64,000 nucleotides of DNA from Epithemia pelagica. Its lineage: Eukaryota > Protista > Bacillariophyta. The notes under the pieces were generated by a model. It had not been told where the DNA came from and did not search any database. It was given only the letters and a program-made list of their open reading frames with translations. A program made the position numbers and the translations under genes. The DNA lies in contig OX337230.1 of the NCBI GenBank assembly GCA_946965045.2, positions 3,844,001 to 3,908,000 of the forward strand. The letters run 5' to 3'. Below, in pieces: positions 21,562 to 33,797 of the stretch. The number at the start of each line of letters is the position of its first letter. The first letter of the stretch is position 1.

Positions 21562-24500
21562 ATGTCCTGCTGTGACGAACCGTCATCTGTTCGCAATATG
21601 GATCCAGTAACACCACCACCCGGGGCTGTCCTTTCAAGCCAAAATGCCAAGATTTCAGCTGTCGAAACCACCCCAAGTGAATCACCAAGCAACAACAACG
21701 ATACGACTTGTAACAATACGCCAGCCACGACAGTTGGACCATCCATGGGATCCACCGCGACAGCAACCGTCGACATGCCGTCTTTTTCTCAAGGTTCCAG
21801 CAGCATGGTCCATGCGCATTCGAATGGTGACGGTGATACAGACGACGACTAGTGAGGCTGCTCAAGACATTCCCTTGTGGACCGACAAGGTATTGTGTCG
21901 GGAGGAGGAAGGAAAACTCTTGTTTCAAGCCTATCAGTCTATAAGACGGCAGAATGACGACAACAGCGACAAGAATCACCATCACAACAAGGACCATTCC
22001 AGCAAAAGCAACAACCATTCGACATCTATCGCCACTCCTCTCGTCATGATTCATGGTGTGACTGGAATTGGCAAAACCTGCTTGGCACGGTCTTTACGCG
22101 ACACGGTGACGGTCGATGGAGGATACTTTTGTGCCGGCAAATTTGATCAAGACCCGAAACCGCACGATGCCGTTTCCACTGCCTTTGGTAGTTTTTGTAC
22201 CCAAGTCTTGGACCAAAGTCCCGCCATTCAACAACAAGTATGTGACAAACTATGGGAGGCATTGGGGAGTGAAGCACCGCGCTTGATGCGACGCATTCCC
22301 AAACTGCATCAACTCTTGCAGGGAGTGGATTCAATCGACCGGCAAGAACCACCAGAATCAATCACCAACGACCCAATGGCAGAACCAACCATGCAAGGAG
22401 GAGGAGGAAGTAAAGCAATCAACCGGTTCAAGTATTTGTTGCGTCTGTTTGTTCAAGCCGTAGCCTGTCCGGAACGCCCCGTGGTATTGTTTCTGGATGA
22501 CTTGCATTGGGCCGATGAATCCTCTCTCGATTTGGTGTGGTCTCTCATCAACGATCCTCCTTCTTCTCATGGACGCCGACGTGGTGTTCTGTTCTTGTGT
22601 ACGGTCCGAGACGATGCCGATACCAGTTTGATTGACAAACAATTGTCCTGTTTGGGGCGGTCGGTTCAACTCTGGAAAATCTCTTTGCAGCCCTTTACCG
22701 CACACACCACCAATCTCGTCTTGTCGCAACTCTTGCAGACGACCGAACAACAAACGCAGTCCTTGACGGCCGTGGTGTATGGCCAAACCAAGGGCAATAT
22801 GTTCTTTATTACCGAGTTCTTGCGGCTCATGCGAGAAGAACAGTTATTGTGGTACAACAAGGCGAACCATCGATGGATGTGGGACGAGGAAGAAATTCGG
22901 ATTGAATTTGATGGAATTCATGATTTGGTCCAAAAACGAATTGGTACCCTCAGTCCAGAGACCAAAAATCTGTTGAAGCTGGCAGCCTGTTTGGGAACCC
23001 AATTGCATCAAGATTCCTTGGGCTATCTCATGGAGTCTCCCATTCTCAAACTCTTGGACGAAGCCACCGATCGCGGCATTTTCTCCATCCACCAATTCGT
23101 TTGCCTTTGCCCACGATGGAATCAAAGATGTCGTGTACAATCTAATTCCAATGCAGGACCGGGAACGATTCCACTACACGGTGGGACGACGCTTGTGGAA
23201 GGCGTATCCAGCCGACGAGTTGTTCCACAACAACAACAACAACATTTACATGATTGTCGGACAATTGCTCTTGGGCAAATCCCAAATGCTCTCCAATCCC
23301 CGCGAATGCAGTGCCGTATCCAAACTTTGTTTGCAAGCCGGAGTCCGCGCCATGCGACAATCCAGTTTTAGCACGGCCTACACATATCTCATGCAAGGCA
23401 TTGAACTGCTGGGAGGACGAGGATGGGAAACAGACTATCAACTCTGTTTGAGTTTGCACAATTTCGCCGCCGAAGTAGCCTACTGTAAGGATTGATCGAG
23501 ACAGTCCAGTCCATTGGGGTTGACTGTTGGTTTGCGTGTCTCACTCATGGTTTGTTGTTGTTGTTGTTCCAATGGTATAGGCACGGCGAATTTTGATTCC
23601 GTTTTTCAACTTGTGGAAACAATATTGGACAAGGCGCAAAATTTCAATGACAAATTATCAGCACAGGCTACTAATGTGTATGCATTGGGGAGCAGTGGAA
23701 AAATGCAAGAAGCCATTGATCGGGGACTTGATGTCTTGCGAAAATTGGGCGTCGAGTTTCCCGCCAAATTGGCTCTGCACCATGTCGGAAAGGGTCTAGC
23801 CAAAACAACAAACCAAACTCTTGCGAGGCAAGAGCATGGAATCCTTGTTACGGCTACCAGTCCTGCAAGAACCAACCACAGTTGCAGTCATGCACATGCT
23901 CAATTTGCTCATTGTCTATGCATTTTTCTCCAAAATTGAATTGGCACCCTTTCTTGGTTTCAAAATGATTGAAATTATCATGGCCAAGGGAGTCTGTGCG
24001 GTTTCTTGTGTCGGGTTTGGCGTGTACGCCATGGTTCTGTGTGGTATTGGCAATGATATCGAAGAAGGATATGTGAGTAGCTTGTCTTGTTTTTTGTGAG
24101 GCCTTTGCCGTGCCTCTCGACTAACCACGCTCTCCCTCTGGTGCTCCTGTGATCTGACAGCGGTACGGTAAACTTGCCATTGCAATGATGGAAATTCGGG
24201 TTCCAATGCATGGATCTGTCGTGTTTCGGCGCAGCACTACGGCTGCGTTCATGGATGGAAAAGACCCACCATTGAATCGGTGGAGCCGCTTCGACAGGCA
24301 TATCGCATCGGAATTGAATGCGGTAGGTATTCTTGCGGCACGTTGGATTGGTAGAAAATGTCTCTTTGGTCCTCTCGTTCTCACATCTCTTGTTTGTCCC
24401 CTTTATTTTCGGTCACACGAATCAAAAGGTGATATTGAATTTGCTATGATGAACGCGAATCTTATGGTTGGGGATCAGTTCGACTATGTTCCCCTTGATG

Positions 24501-25638
24501 TTTTGGATCAAGAGATGTCTGGAGTTGCGGATCGAATGAAGTTTTATGGACAAGGTACGTTCCAGTCGTTTCCGTTGTAGGACGCTTCTCGGATGCTTGG
24601 TATGTCGCTGACACATGTCGCGCCACATTTTGTCCCAGTTACATCCTTAATGGTACGCCATACCCACCTTAGACCTACGAGTGTGTTCCCTTGGTTCTCG
24701 AGACAACACTGGAAGCTCCTTATCAAGTGTTGTTATATTTTTTTAGGTAATGTACCCGTATTGGCAGATGTTTCACAACCACATGGGCAAAGCTAGGGGC
24801 GATCCAAAAAAGCTTATCGGAGATATGCTTGATGAAACTAGCATTGAAATAGCACCAACTGTGCGTGCGTGGTTATGCTCGCATCGGTTGCATCTGTGTT
24901 ATATGTTTGGAGATTATCAACAAGCAATGATTGAGGCCAAAGGATGTGAAATTGTCTTGTCACACCCGTTTGGAGCATCGGATGATGCCATGTAAGTGCT
25001 GCCATTTTGTGGTGCCTGAACTGTGTAGAGCACTTTAGGTGCTCACGTGACATGAACCGCTTTCCCTATGCTGAATAGCATCGTATTCTTTCGCGCTCTA
25101 ACACACTTGGCACTGGCCGCAATTACCAAGAGAAAGTACGTATTCATGTTATGACGTTTGTGGTGGACAAATCGAACGAAAACCCACTCATCCTGGTTTA
25201 TATGTTTCATGGCAGTCGAAAACTCCTGGTACAGGCCCAAAGGGACATTAAACGGATCCTCTAAATTTTCTTGGGAGACAGGTACGTTGATCAGGTACTT
25301 TCAAACCGTACAATGCTTGATGCAATTTGTCGTTGTGGCTCCCGAGTCTGAGCGATCCATAGTACTTGCTGGAAGCAGAGTTGGCAGTCGTGAAAGGGGA
25401 TCACTTGTCCACATTGACAAAGTACACGAGTGCAGTGGCTCTCTCACGGGAAGCGGGCATGCTCATGCTAACTGCACTGGCCAACGAACGAGCCGGGAGA
25501 TACTTTCTATCGATAGGCGATGAAGAGAATGGAACTCCCTTCATGAAGGAAGCATTTCGATGGTATCGGAAATGGGGTGGTGTTCTCAAGCTTCGATATC
25601 TTTCCATGGAGTTTAGTGAATTTCAAGACCAGCTTTGA
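21562..25638 (+). pseudogene. Large P-loop (AAA_16/STAND-like) ATPase with C-terminal helical repeats, copy 1; multi-exon with several apparent frameshifts
   Basis: Walker A HGVTGIGKT and Walker B VLFLDDLHWAD. Frame changes near 21850, 23085, 23810 and 24190 relative to copy 2. These may be assembly indels rather than true lesions. Confidence 0.7.
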
Positions 25639-26081
25639 AAAATGTCTCTCCTATGGTGGTACTCCTAATGCAAGAACGTGTTGGGCGACGTCGATGGATC
25701 CCTCGTGCGGTAAGATCAAAGCGTCGCGTGATGATTCTGCGCCACATTCTTTGGAGGCCTGGTATGTGTGACAGGAATATGTACCGGACCATCGCGGTAC
25801 CTGAGCTTTGGTGCAAGCAGGTGGCTTTAAGTAGACTTTTCTAGCTAGGAGCATTTTGAGCCATCATAGTCCAAAAGCTATGGACAGCGGTGCTCTAATG
25901 AACACATAGTTTTTTCTCCGAAGAGAGAGACGTGTTCAAGAAACGATTCGATGACGAACAACGGGAGAGAGAGAGAAGAGAGAGTGTCAACCAGCAAGAG
26001 CCACGTAAAAGAGGAAAACAACGATTGCTTGATTGAAGAGCTTTCTGACATGTGAATGGATGGATCCAGTGCGATGCGAAG

Positions 26082-29000
26082 ATGGAGTCATCTGTTACGG
26101 AACAACAAGTGTCATCATCGATGGATGGCAAACAGCCTTCGCCAACACCAGCACGTGCATCTGAAGAACGACAAGAAAGAGTTGACGCGTCTCCGAATGA
26201 ACTATTGGCAACCAGAGATGTGCTACTATGTAGGGACGGCGAGAGGGACATCTTGCATCGAGCATATCAAAGCGTGGGTTCCATGAGAGCACAAAACAAT
26301 CCAATGCAGACGCAATTGGCAATGATTCATGGGTCAACTGGTACGGGCAAAACGTCTCTTGCGTTTTCACTCCAACCGCAGGTTGTAGAGGATGGTGGAT
26401 ACTTTCTCTACGGCAAGCTTGATCACTTTCAAGGGACAAAACCACACGATGCAATTGCAAATGCGTTTGGGAGTTTTTGCAATCAAGTCTCAGAAAGAGG
26501 CGAAAGGGTACGGAGTGATTTGAAGCAAAAGATACTACAAACGGTTGGCGGTGAAAGCAACACACTGACTCGCGTAATACCAGAGCTCCAACAAATTTTA
26601 GGCCAAGGCGGAGAGGATCCTGTGGAGGCGGCTCAGGGGAGTGAAGCCATCAATCGCTTCAAGTACTTGTTTCGCTTGTTTGTACAAGCATTGTCATCAC
26701 CAGATCGCACGATTGTGTTGTTTTTGGATGATATTCATTGGGCCGATGAGTCATCTCTTGACTTGTTATGGTCACTTATCAACAACCCGTCCAACCGAGG
26801 AGTACTGTTTCTACTCCTATTTACTGTGCGTGATGATTCTGACACGAGCCTCATTGAGAAGCATCTCTCCTGTATGAGTCGAACAGTGGATTTGACGAAA
26901 CTAACGGTGGACAACTTTTCTACGGAGGACGTGAACGCAATAATGTCAGCGGTTCTGAACAAACCAAAAGATCAGACCAGGGTATTGGCGCATTTGATCA
27001 GCAATCAAACAAGAGGTAATGTGTTTTTCATGGCGGAATTCCTTCGAACTCTACGAGAAGACAATCTAATCGAGTACGACCATTCAAACAATACATGGTG
27101 CTGGGACGATGAGGAAATTGGAATTGAATTTAACGACGTTCAAGATCTGGTAACGAGAAGGATTCAAAGACTTAGCACGGAAGCTAAAGAAATAATGAAA
27201 GCCGCTGCCTGTCTCGGTTTCAGGCTGGACCAAGATTGTTTGAGCTCTCTCACCGAGGTTCCAATTGTCAATCTGTTGGCAGAATGTGATGATGGTGCAC
27301 TTGTACGCTTCAACAACAGTATTGATTGCTTCGAGTCTTCTCACGATTGTGTCAAGGATGTAGTCTACAGCCTCATACCACATGGTGAGCGTGAGGCTTT
27401 TCATTATCAACTCGGTCGACATCTGTTTAAGGCTTTCCCTGAAGATGGCGATGTTCTCAGCAACAATATGATTTATGTGATTGTCAGCCAACTACTTCTG
27501 GGCAGGTCATGTATCAAAGACGGAAGAGAACGGAGCGCAGTAACGAATCTCTGTCTTCACGCAGGTGTAAGAGCAATGCGACAAACAAGCTTTAGTACTT
27601 CCTTTGTTTATCTTATGCAAGGAATTGAGTTGTTGGGCCCTCGGAAATGGCACGATGACTACGATCTGTGCCTGAAAATCTACAATTTTACAGCTGAAGT
27701 GGCGTATTGTAAGTTGTAGCATGTTTGCGAGTGCAGGAGGGGTAGGTTATTCTAATGATCTTTGCGTTTTTTTCAACAGGCACGGGGGACTTTGACTCAG
27801 CATTCAAGCTAGTACATGAAACATTCTCCAACGCCAAATGCTTTAATGACACGCTCCCTGCACAAGCGACCAACATCTATGCATTGGCAGGGAGTGATCG
27901 AAGGAAGGAGGCTATTGAATGTGGGTTTAAGGTACTTGGATGTCTCGGAGTGACGCTACCCCGGAAAGTGAAGCTTCGTGATGTGGCGAAGGGTATTAGG
28001 AGAACAGAGAAACTTCTGAAGGCGCGAAGTACCGATTCGCTTCTACGATTGCCCGCCTTGCAGGATACTGAGACCATTGCAGCAATGCATATGTTGAACC
28101 TTCTTTTTGCGTACTCATTTCTTTCACAAATGGAGCTTGCGCCATTTATTGGCTTCAAAATGGTCGAGATCACAGTCGAAAGAGGTTTATGCGCAGTCTC
28201 TTGTATTGGATTCGCTATTTACGCAATGGTACTCTCCAGCATGGGCAATCAAATTGATGAAGGATTCGTGAGTATTCTGAGCGATTTGTTCTGTTTTCAA
28301 CGGCCTGCCCCTCATGTCTCCTGACGGGAACTCTTTTTTCATAGAATTATGGGAAGTTGGCCATTGCCATGTACGAAAAGTCAGCAACCAAATCTTGGTT
28401 TTGCCGAGTATCTGCAATATACTACGGCTGTGTGCATGGATGGAAAAAAGCCTGTAACGGAAACAGTTGAACCACTAAGACGTGCGTCTAACATCGGAAT
28501 TGAGTACGGAGATATTGAATTTGCCATGCTCAGCGGTACAATGGTCTTGTTGAATCAATTCGACCATATTCCGGTGACCGCTCTGGATCAGGAAATGGCG
28601 TCCTGTGCAGACAGAATGAAGTTCTATGGACAAGGTAAGTGTCTTTCTTCCGGCAAAGGAGATGGTGCTCAGAACGTGCTTCTAATGACCCTCAATCCTT
28701 AATCAGAAACTAGTCTCAAGGTAAATTTGCATTTGTACCATGGCGTCGCAACACGAAAGCTTTGTGAAAATTCTAATCTAGCGTTGCAGACAATTTACCC
28801 ATTCTGGCAGATGTTGAACAATCTGATGGGAAAAGCTCGGGATGATCCCAAAAAGTTGATTGGTGATTTACACGACGAAACCGAGTTGGATGTAGGGCGA
28901 AATCCAACCGTGTATATCTGGTCGCATTTTCACAGGATGATGTTGTGCTATATTCTTTGTGATTATGATCAGGCGTACAAAGAGGGAGAAGGGTGTATGG

Positions 29001-29699
29001 TACTCATTTCCCATCCGTTCGGATCAGGAGATACGGCTGTGTAAGTGGTGTCCCTCCCAAGGCATTTTCGCCATGTAGCATTGACTTTTGACTAATCCGT
29101 TTTTCCACCACTCATCATCCAGGGTCAGGTTCATCGACGCCCTTACAAATCTTGAACAAGCCCGTAAAAGAAAGAAGAAGTAAGTTTTGTACATCCATAT
29201 GTGGCGACGAGTCTGTAGTCTATGGAAACACGTCTGAACGTTGTTCTTTATCAGTCGGAAGTACGTTATCAAAGCGGAGAGAAGCCTGGAACGCATAGCA
29301 TACTGGGCCAAGCATTCTCCATTGAACTTTGCTGCAAAACAGGTGCGTTTTTGTCTCCGGCGGTTACCGCAATGCCTACCGCCTTTCTCATGTTTTGTCC
29401 TCTTTTACCAATTTGTCCGTCCTCAGTTTTTGTTGGAAGCAGAGTTGGCCGTTGTGAAAGGAGACCATTTCTCGGTCCTCTCAAAGTATACGATTGCCGT
29501 TGCTGTTGCTCGAGAGGCTGGTATGATGATTGAAACGGCGATTGCGAATGAACGGGCTGGAAGATACTTCTTTTCCATGAACAACCACGAAACTGGCCGT
29601 CAATTCATGATTCAAGCCTTTCGATCGTACCGTGAGTGGGGTTGCGTTCTCAAGCTGGAACATTTGAAGAAAGAATATGGAGAGATTGAAGAGACTTAG
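26082..29699 (+). CDS. Large P-loop (AAA_16/STAND-like) ATPase with C-terminal helical repeats, copy 2; multi-exon
   Basis: HGSTGTGKT and VLFLDDIHWAD. Intron positions parallel copy 1 (e.g. 27709-27779). One apparent +1 shift in the A6 run at 28444-28449. Confidence 0.75.
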
Positions 29700-30074
29700 T
29701 TGTATAATGCCGTTGATCGCACCAGACGATTCCAGTTGTTATGACGACAAGACTGTGAAAGGTACTGATGGATCGACACCACAGTCTGTCGCCTTTGACG
29801 ACCAGCGTCGCCAACCATTTGTCTCGCACAACAGCTGAGCCGTATTTGCATGACAGGGCACACGCGGATCTCCTTTTTATACTATTGGGGCCCGTCGCTT
29901 GTGGAATACTCTCGGATAGACAATTGAACAAGAACATCATCATTCTTCCTTTTTGAGTCAAACGCTATTTTGTTCTAGGTAAACTTATTCATGCGAGCGC
30001 CGGGGTGTCCTTCCCATTCATTAGTTTTGGCAGGATTGCAGCACTCTTTTTGGAGGGACACGATTCTTCACACA

Positions 30075-31065
30075 TCCCTCAAAATTTGGTCACAGTCTCT
30101 TACAACTCCACGTGTTGTACATAGATAAACAATTATATGGGAGGTGTATGGAGTCCAATCCCCTTTGGGTGGGTGTTTTTTTTGTTTCGGAAATGGACGT
30201 TTCCAATTCAGGAAAGCATCCTCTGGTCCAAACACACAAACACAACTCTTCTTCGACAAGGACCCATCACACGCGCCGATTCTTGGTGCGACTACGAAGA
30301 GACTTACATGCGGTGTATTGAGTAAAAGTACGTTGGTGCGTTCCGACAAGGTTGCTTCGAATTCCTCCGACTCCAATCCAAACAGCAAGCCACTCTTTTG
30401 GGGGTGTCCACGAAAGTATTCTTCTTTTGGTGGTTGCTGCTGCGGGTGGTGGTCGGTGTCATTGGTTTGGGTCGCAGGGGTACAAAGACGCAAGTACCAC
30501 CGGCCATCGGGACTCGGAGTCTGGTCGTTGTCGTTGTTTGTGGGCGAGTTGAGCTGCCACCACAAGTGGTGTGTATATTCGTGCACAAGGGCTTGGGCCA
30601 AGGCCGGATGGGCTTGGGAGGGTGCATATTGATTGGCCTGACGGTGTGTGACCGCGGCCTACATGGTCTCCACGACAAACCTCGGAGGATCCCAATCGGG
30701 AAAGCCTTGTTGTCGCGAAAGGGGTGTAAATTCATGCCACACGGCCGGGGCATCCAAACCGTCCAAGAGATGGGCCAAACGAATGGGAGATGACGACAAG
30801 GTCGATTTGTTCTGGTGGTGGTGATGATGGTTGTTGGGATTTCCGTTGGAAAACAAGCAGCATGACACGGTTCCTCTCAAAGGAGACGACGACCAACGTT
30901 GTGATGGCAGTGTCGTTTCTGCACTATACGACTACAAGAAGCAGCAGCCATTCCATCAGAGGACCACCCACAGGATCCAAACGACCGCAATGACGACCAG
31001 GTAGACGCCGAACCACTGCAAGAACGTGACAGTCCGACCGACGATAAAAAGGACGAACGAACCAT
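30075..31065 (-). pseudogene. Truncated, internally deleted inverted copy of the 5' part of the kynurenine aminotransferase-like gene
   Basis: Translations IRLAHLLDGLDAPAVWHEFTPL and ALVHEYTHHLW match the gene at 54808-57066; ends within its first intron. Confidence 0.8.
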
Positions 31066-31399
31066 GGTAGTGCGGCTTTTTGGGATTCTTCGATGCCACG
31101 GAGTCTTCTCTTTGTGTGGGTACGATCGAGAAAAAACGTTTTGATGTGTGGTGAGTCCCTTTTCACGTATCTAATGCGCGACCGGATTAGAAAACGATGA
31201 CGAGCTTCAGTCGCACATAGTCTGTCAACTCCACTCGCTCCCAACAAGAATTCTCGTCGTCATGACGACACAACCATCGCCCATCACAATGACCCAACCA
31301 CCCACCCAAAGATTTTAGAGGCATTGCAGAACCAACCCAATTTGGTGTTGCAACCATCTCTTATTCTTATTGAGACTGCCAATTCTCTCCTCTTTCGCA

Positions 31400-31670
31400 T
31401 TCTATAGTGTGGCGGCCACAGGTTTTCACAACAATCATTTTTCGGTCGAGCCCTCGTACTTGGGTTTTGTTGTTTCGATCCTGCTCCAGACGACGGAATC
31501 CTTTGTCCTAGACTAGTCCATCGAATACGACGATCGACGACATTTGGTGTGGGCGACTGTCCCTCTTGTACTCATACCCGCAAAAGAAAAAGACAAAAAG
31601 CAGGCAATCCACAACAAGAACAACAGCAACAACAATTGTGGGTGGTGCCAATTCCCGAAGAACAACCTTT
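31400..31670 (+). pseudogene. 5' fragment of the amine oxidase gene (inverted copy)
   Basis: CAGACGACGGAATCCTTTGTCCTAG...TTGTGGGTGGTGCCAAT matches the reverse complement of 36330-36490. Confidence 0.75.
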
Positions 31671-31837
31671 CATAACATTGTGAGCACAAAATCTGGAGGG
31701 CCAGCCAAACCACAAAACACGGATCACGTACAAATAAAAAACCGTCTTTTCGTGGCGCAGCAAAAGTGGACGTCTCCTCTCTCCCTCAGACTTGCCACTT
31801 TTGTCAGCCGCAGAGAACATTTTTTTGAGCCCACAGT

Positions 31838-31914
31838 TATCGAAACATGGTGGACTATCGCCGGCTCTTTCTATACATTCGAAAGAGCCGGCGATAGTTC
31901 ACCATGTTTCGATA
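31838..31914. repeat. Fold-back inverted repeat, 34-bp arms with 9-nt loop, covering an ATG
   Basis: 31838-31871 is the reverse complement of 31881-31914 with one mismatch; loop TATACATTC. Confidence 0.9.
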
Positions 31915-32474
31915 CCTTCCAAAACGTGTATCCCACAGTCGCGTCAAGCACTGTTGTGCTCGTCTGTGTGTAAGCGAACACCACTAAGTCCACCATGGAA
32001 AGAGAGGACAATTATATGAAGGAGATGAAAAATCTCTTGCACGAAATGAACCAGAAGTTGAACCACGAAATGAACCAGAAATTCAACGAAATGAACCTCA
32101 AGACCCGTGAAACGCTGCAGAATGTTGCGTTTGGACAAGCGGGACTTATGCTCGCATTGGGATCGCCCTACACGGTGTGTCCGCCACCAACTTATCAAAA
32201 CAATCTGAGATTTTTTCTGAACGAATCGAAGCACAAGATGCTCGATTTGAAGGACAGAATGCTCAACTCCGATCCTGAGCCCACAGTTTTCCTTCGTGCG
32301 ATACATTCGAAAGAGCCGGCGATAGTCCACCATGTTTCGATACCTGAAAAAGCGTGTATCACACTGTCGCGTCAAGTACTGTTGTGCTCGTCCGTGTGTA
32401 AGCGGACACCGCTCCAAGTCCACCATCGGAATAGAGGACACTTGTGCAACGAAGCTTGCAAATGGTTTGAATGA
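31904..32474 (+). pseudogene. Leader-cassette family member (MFRYLPKRVSHSRVKHCCAR...) with a frameshift after the leader; coiled-coil body from ATG 31995
   Basis: The leader matches those at 32332, 52564, 57924 and 58509. The frame breaks at ~31985. The 3' end runs through the next cassette copy. Confidence 0.6.
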
Positions 32475-32592
32475 AAACATGACCGAGGCGAAGAATCTAT
32501 TCAATGATTTGAAATATGAAATCAAGTCGTTGAAGAGATTCTTCGCCTCGGTGATGTTTTCATTCAAACCATTTGCAAGCTTTGTTGCATAA
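32332..32592 (+). CDS. Short leader-cassette family ORF (86 aa) whose 3' half is an inverted copy of its middle
   Basis: MFRYLKKRVSHCRVKYCCAR leader; the ORF traverses the 32432-32602 hairpin. Confidence 0.45.
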   Translation: MFRYLKKRVSHCRVKYCCARPCVSGHRSKSTIGIEDTCATKLANGLNENMTEAKNLFNDLKYEIKSLKRFFASVMFSFKPFASFVA

Positions 32593-32602
32593 GTGTCCTC
32601 TA
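32432..32602. repeat. Long fold-back hairpin, 81-bp arms with 9-nt loop
   Basis: 32432-32512 versus the reverse complement of 32522-32602 shows 6 differences in 81 bp; loop AATATGAAA. Confidence 0.92.
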
Positions 32603-32615
32603 AGATCAACCAAAA

Positions 32616-33344
<729 letters not shown>

Positions 33345-33797
33345 TAGTTTCTTCATCCACAAAAGGACGATCCTACAATTGCGTAACTGCTACCTACCTA
33401 CCTAGTTCTGGTTGTCCGTAGTATCAACGTGCCTCAACGAGAGTCATGCCTTCATCGCCTCTTTCGTTCACAAGTTGTGGAATGAACTTGTTTCTAGCTA
33501 GTTCACATCTATGAAACTATGATTGTGATTTGGATTCCATGTTCCAGGACAACCTTCCAAACACAAAGCAACGAAGAGACTACGCAATTTCTAAACAACA
33601 AATTTGTTTCCACGACATCCACAGAAGCGTTGGGCCTTGTCGTTCGAACCGACATGCTCCTTGCAGTGTCCTTGAGCGACAGTAGGGATCCAGACCGCAA
33701 AAGTCGTCGATGAGGTTTTGCCCTCTCAAATTCCACCAGCATATTGGCGTCCTATCGAGAAATACGACACGCCATTGCATGTTTTGTGTAGTATCCA

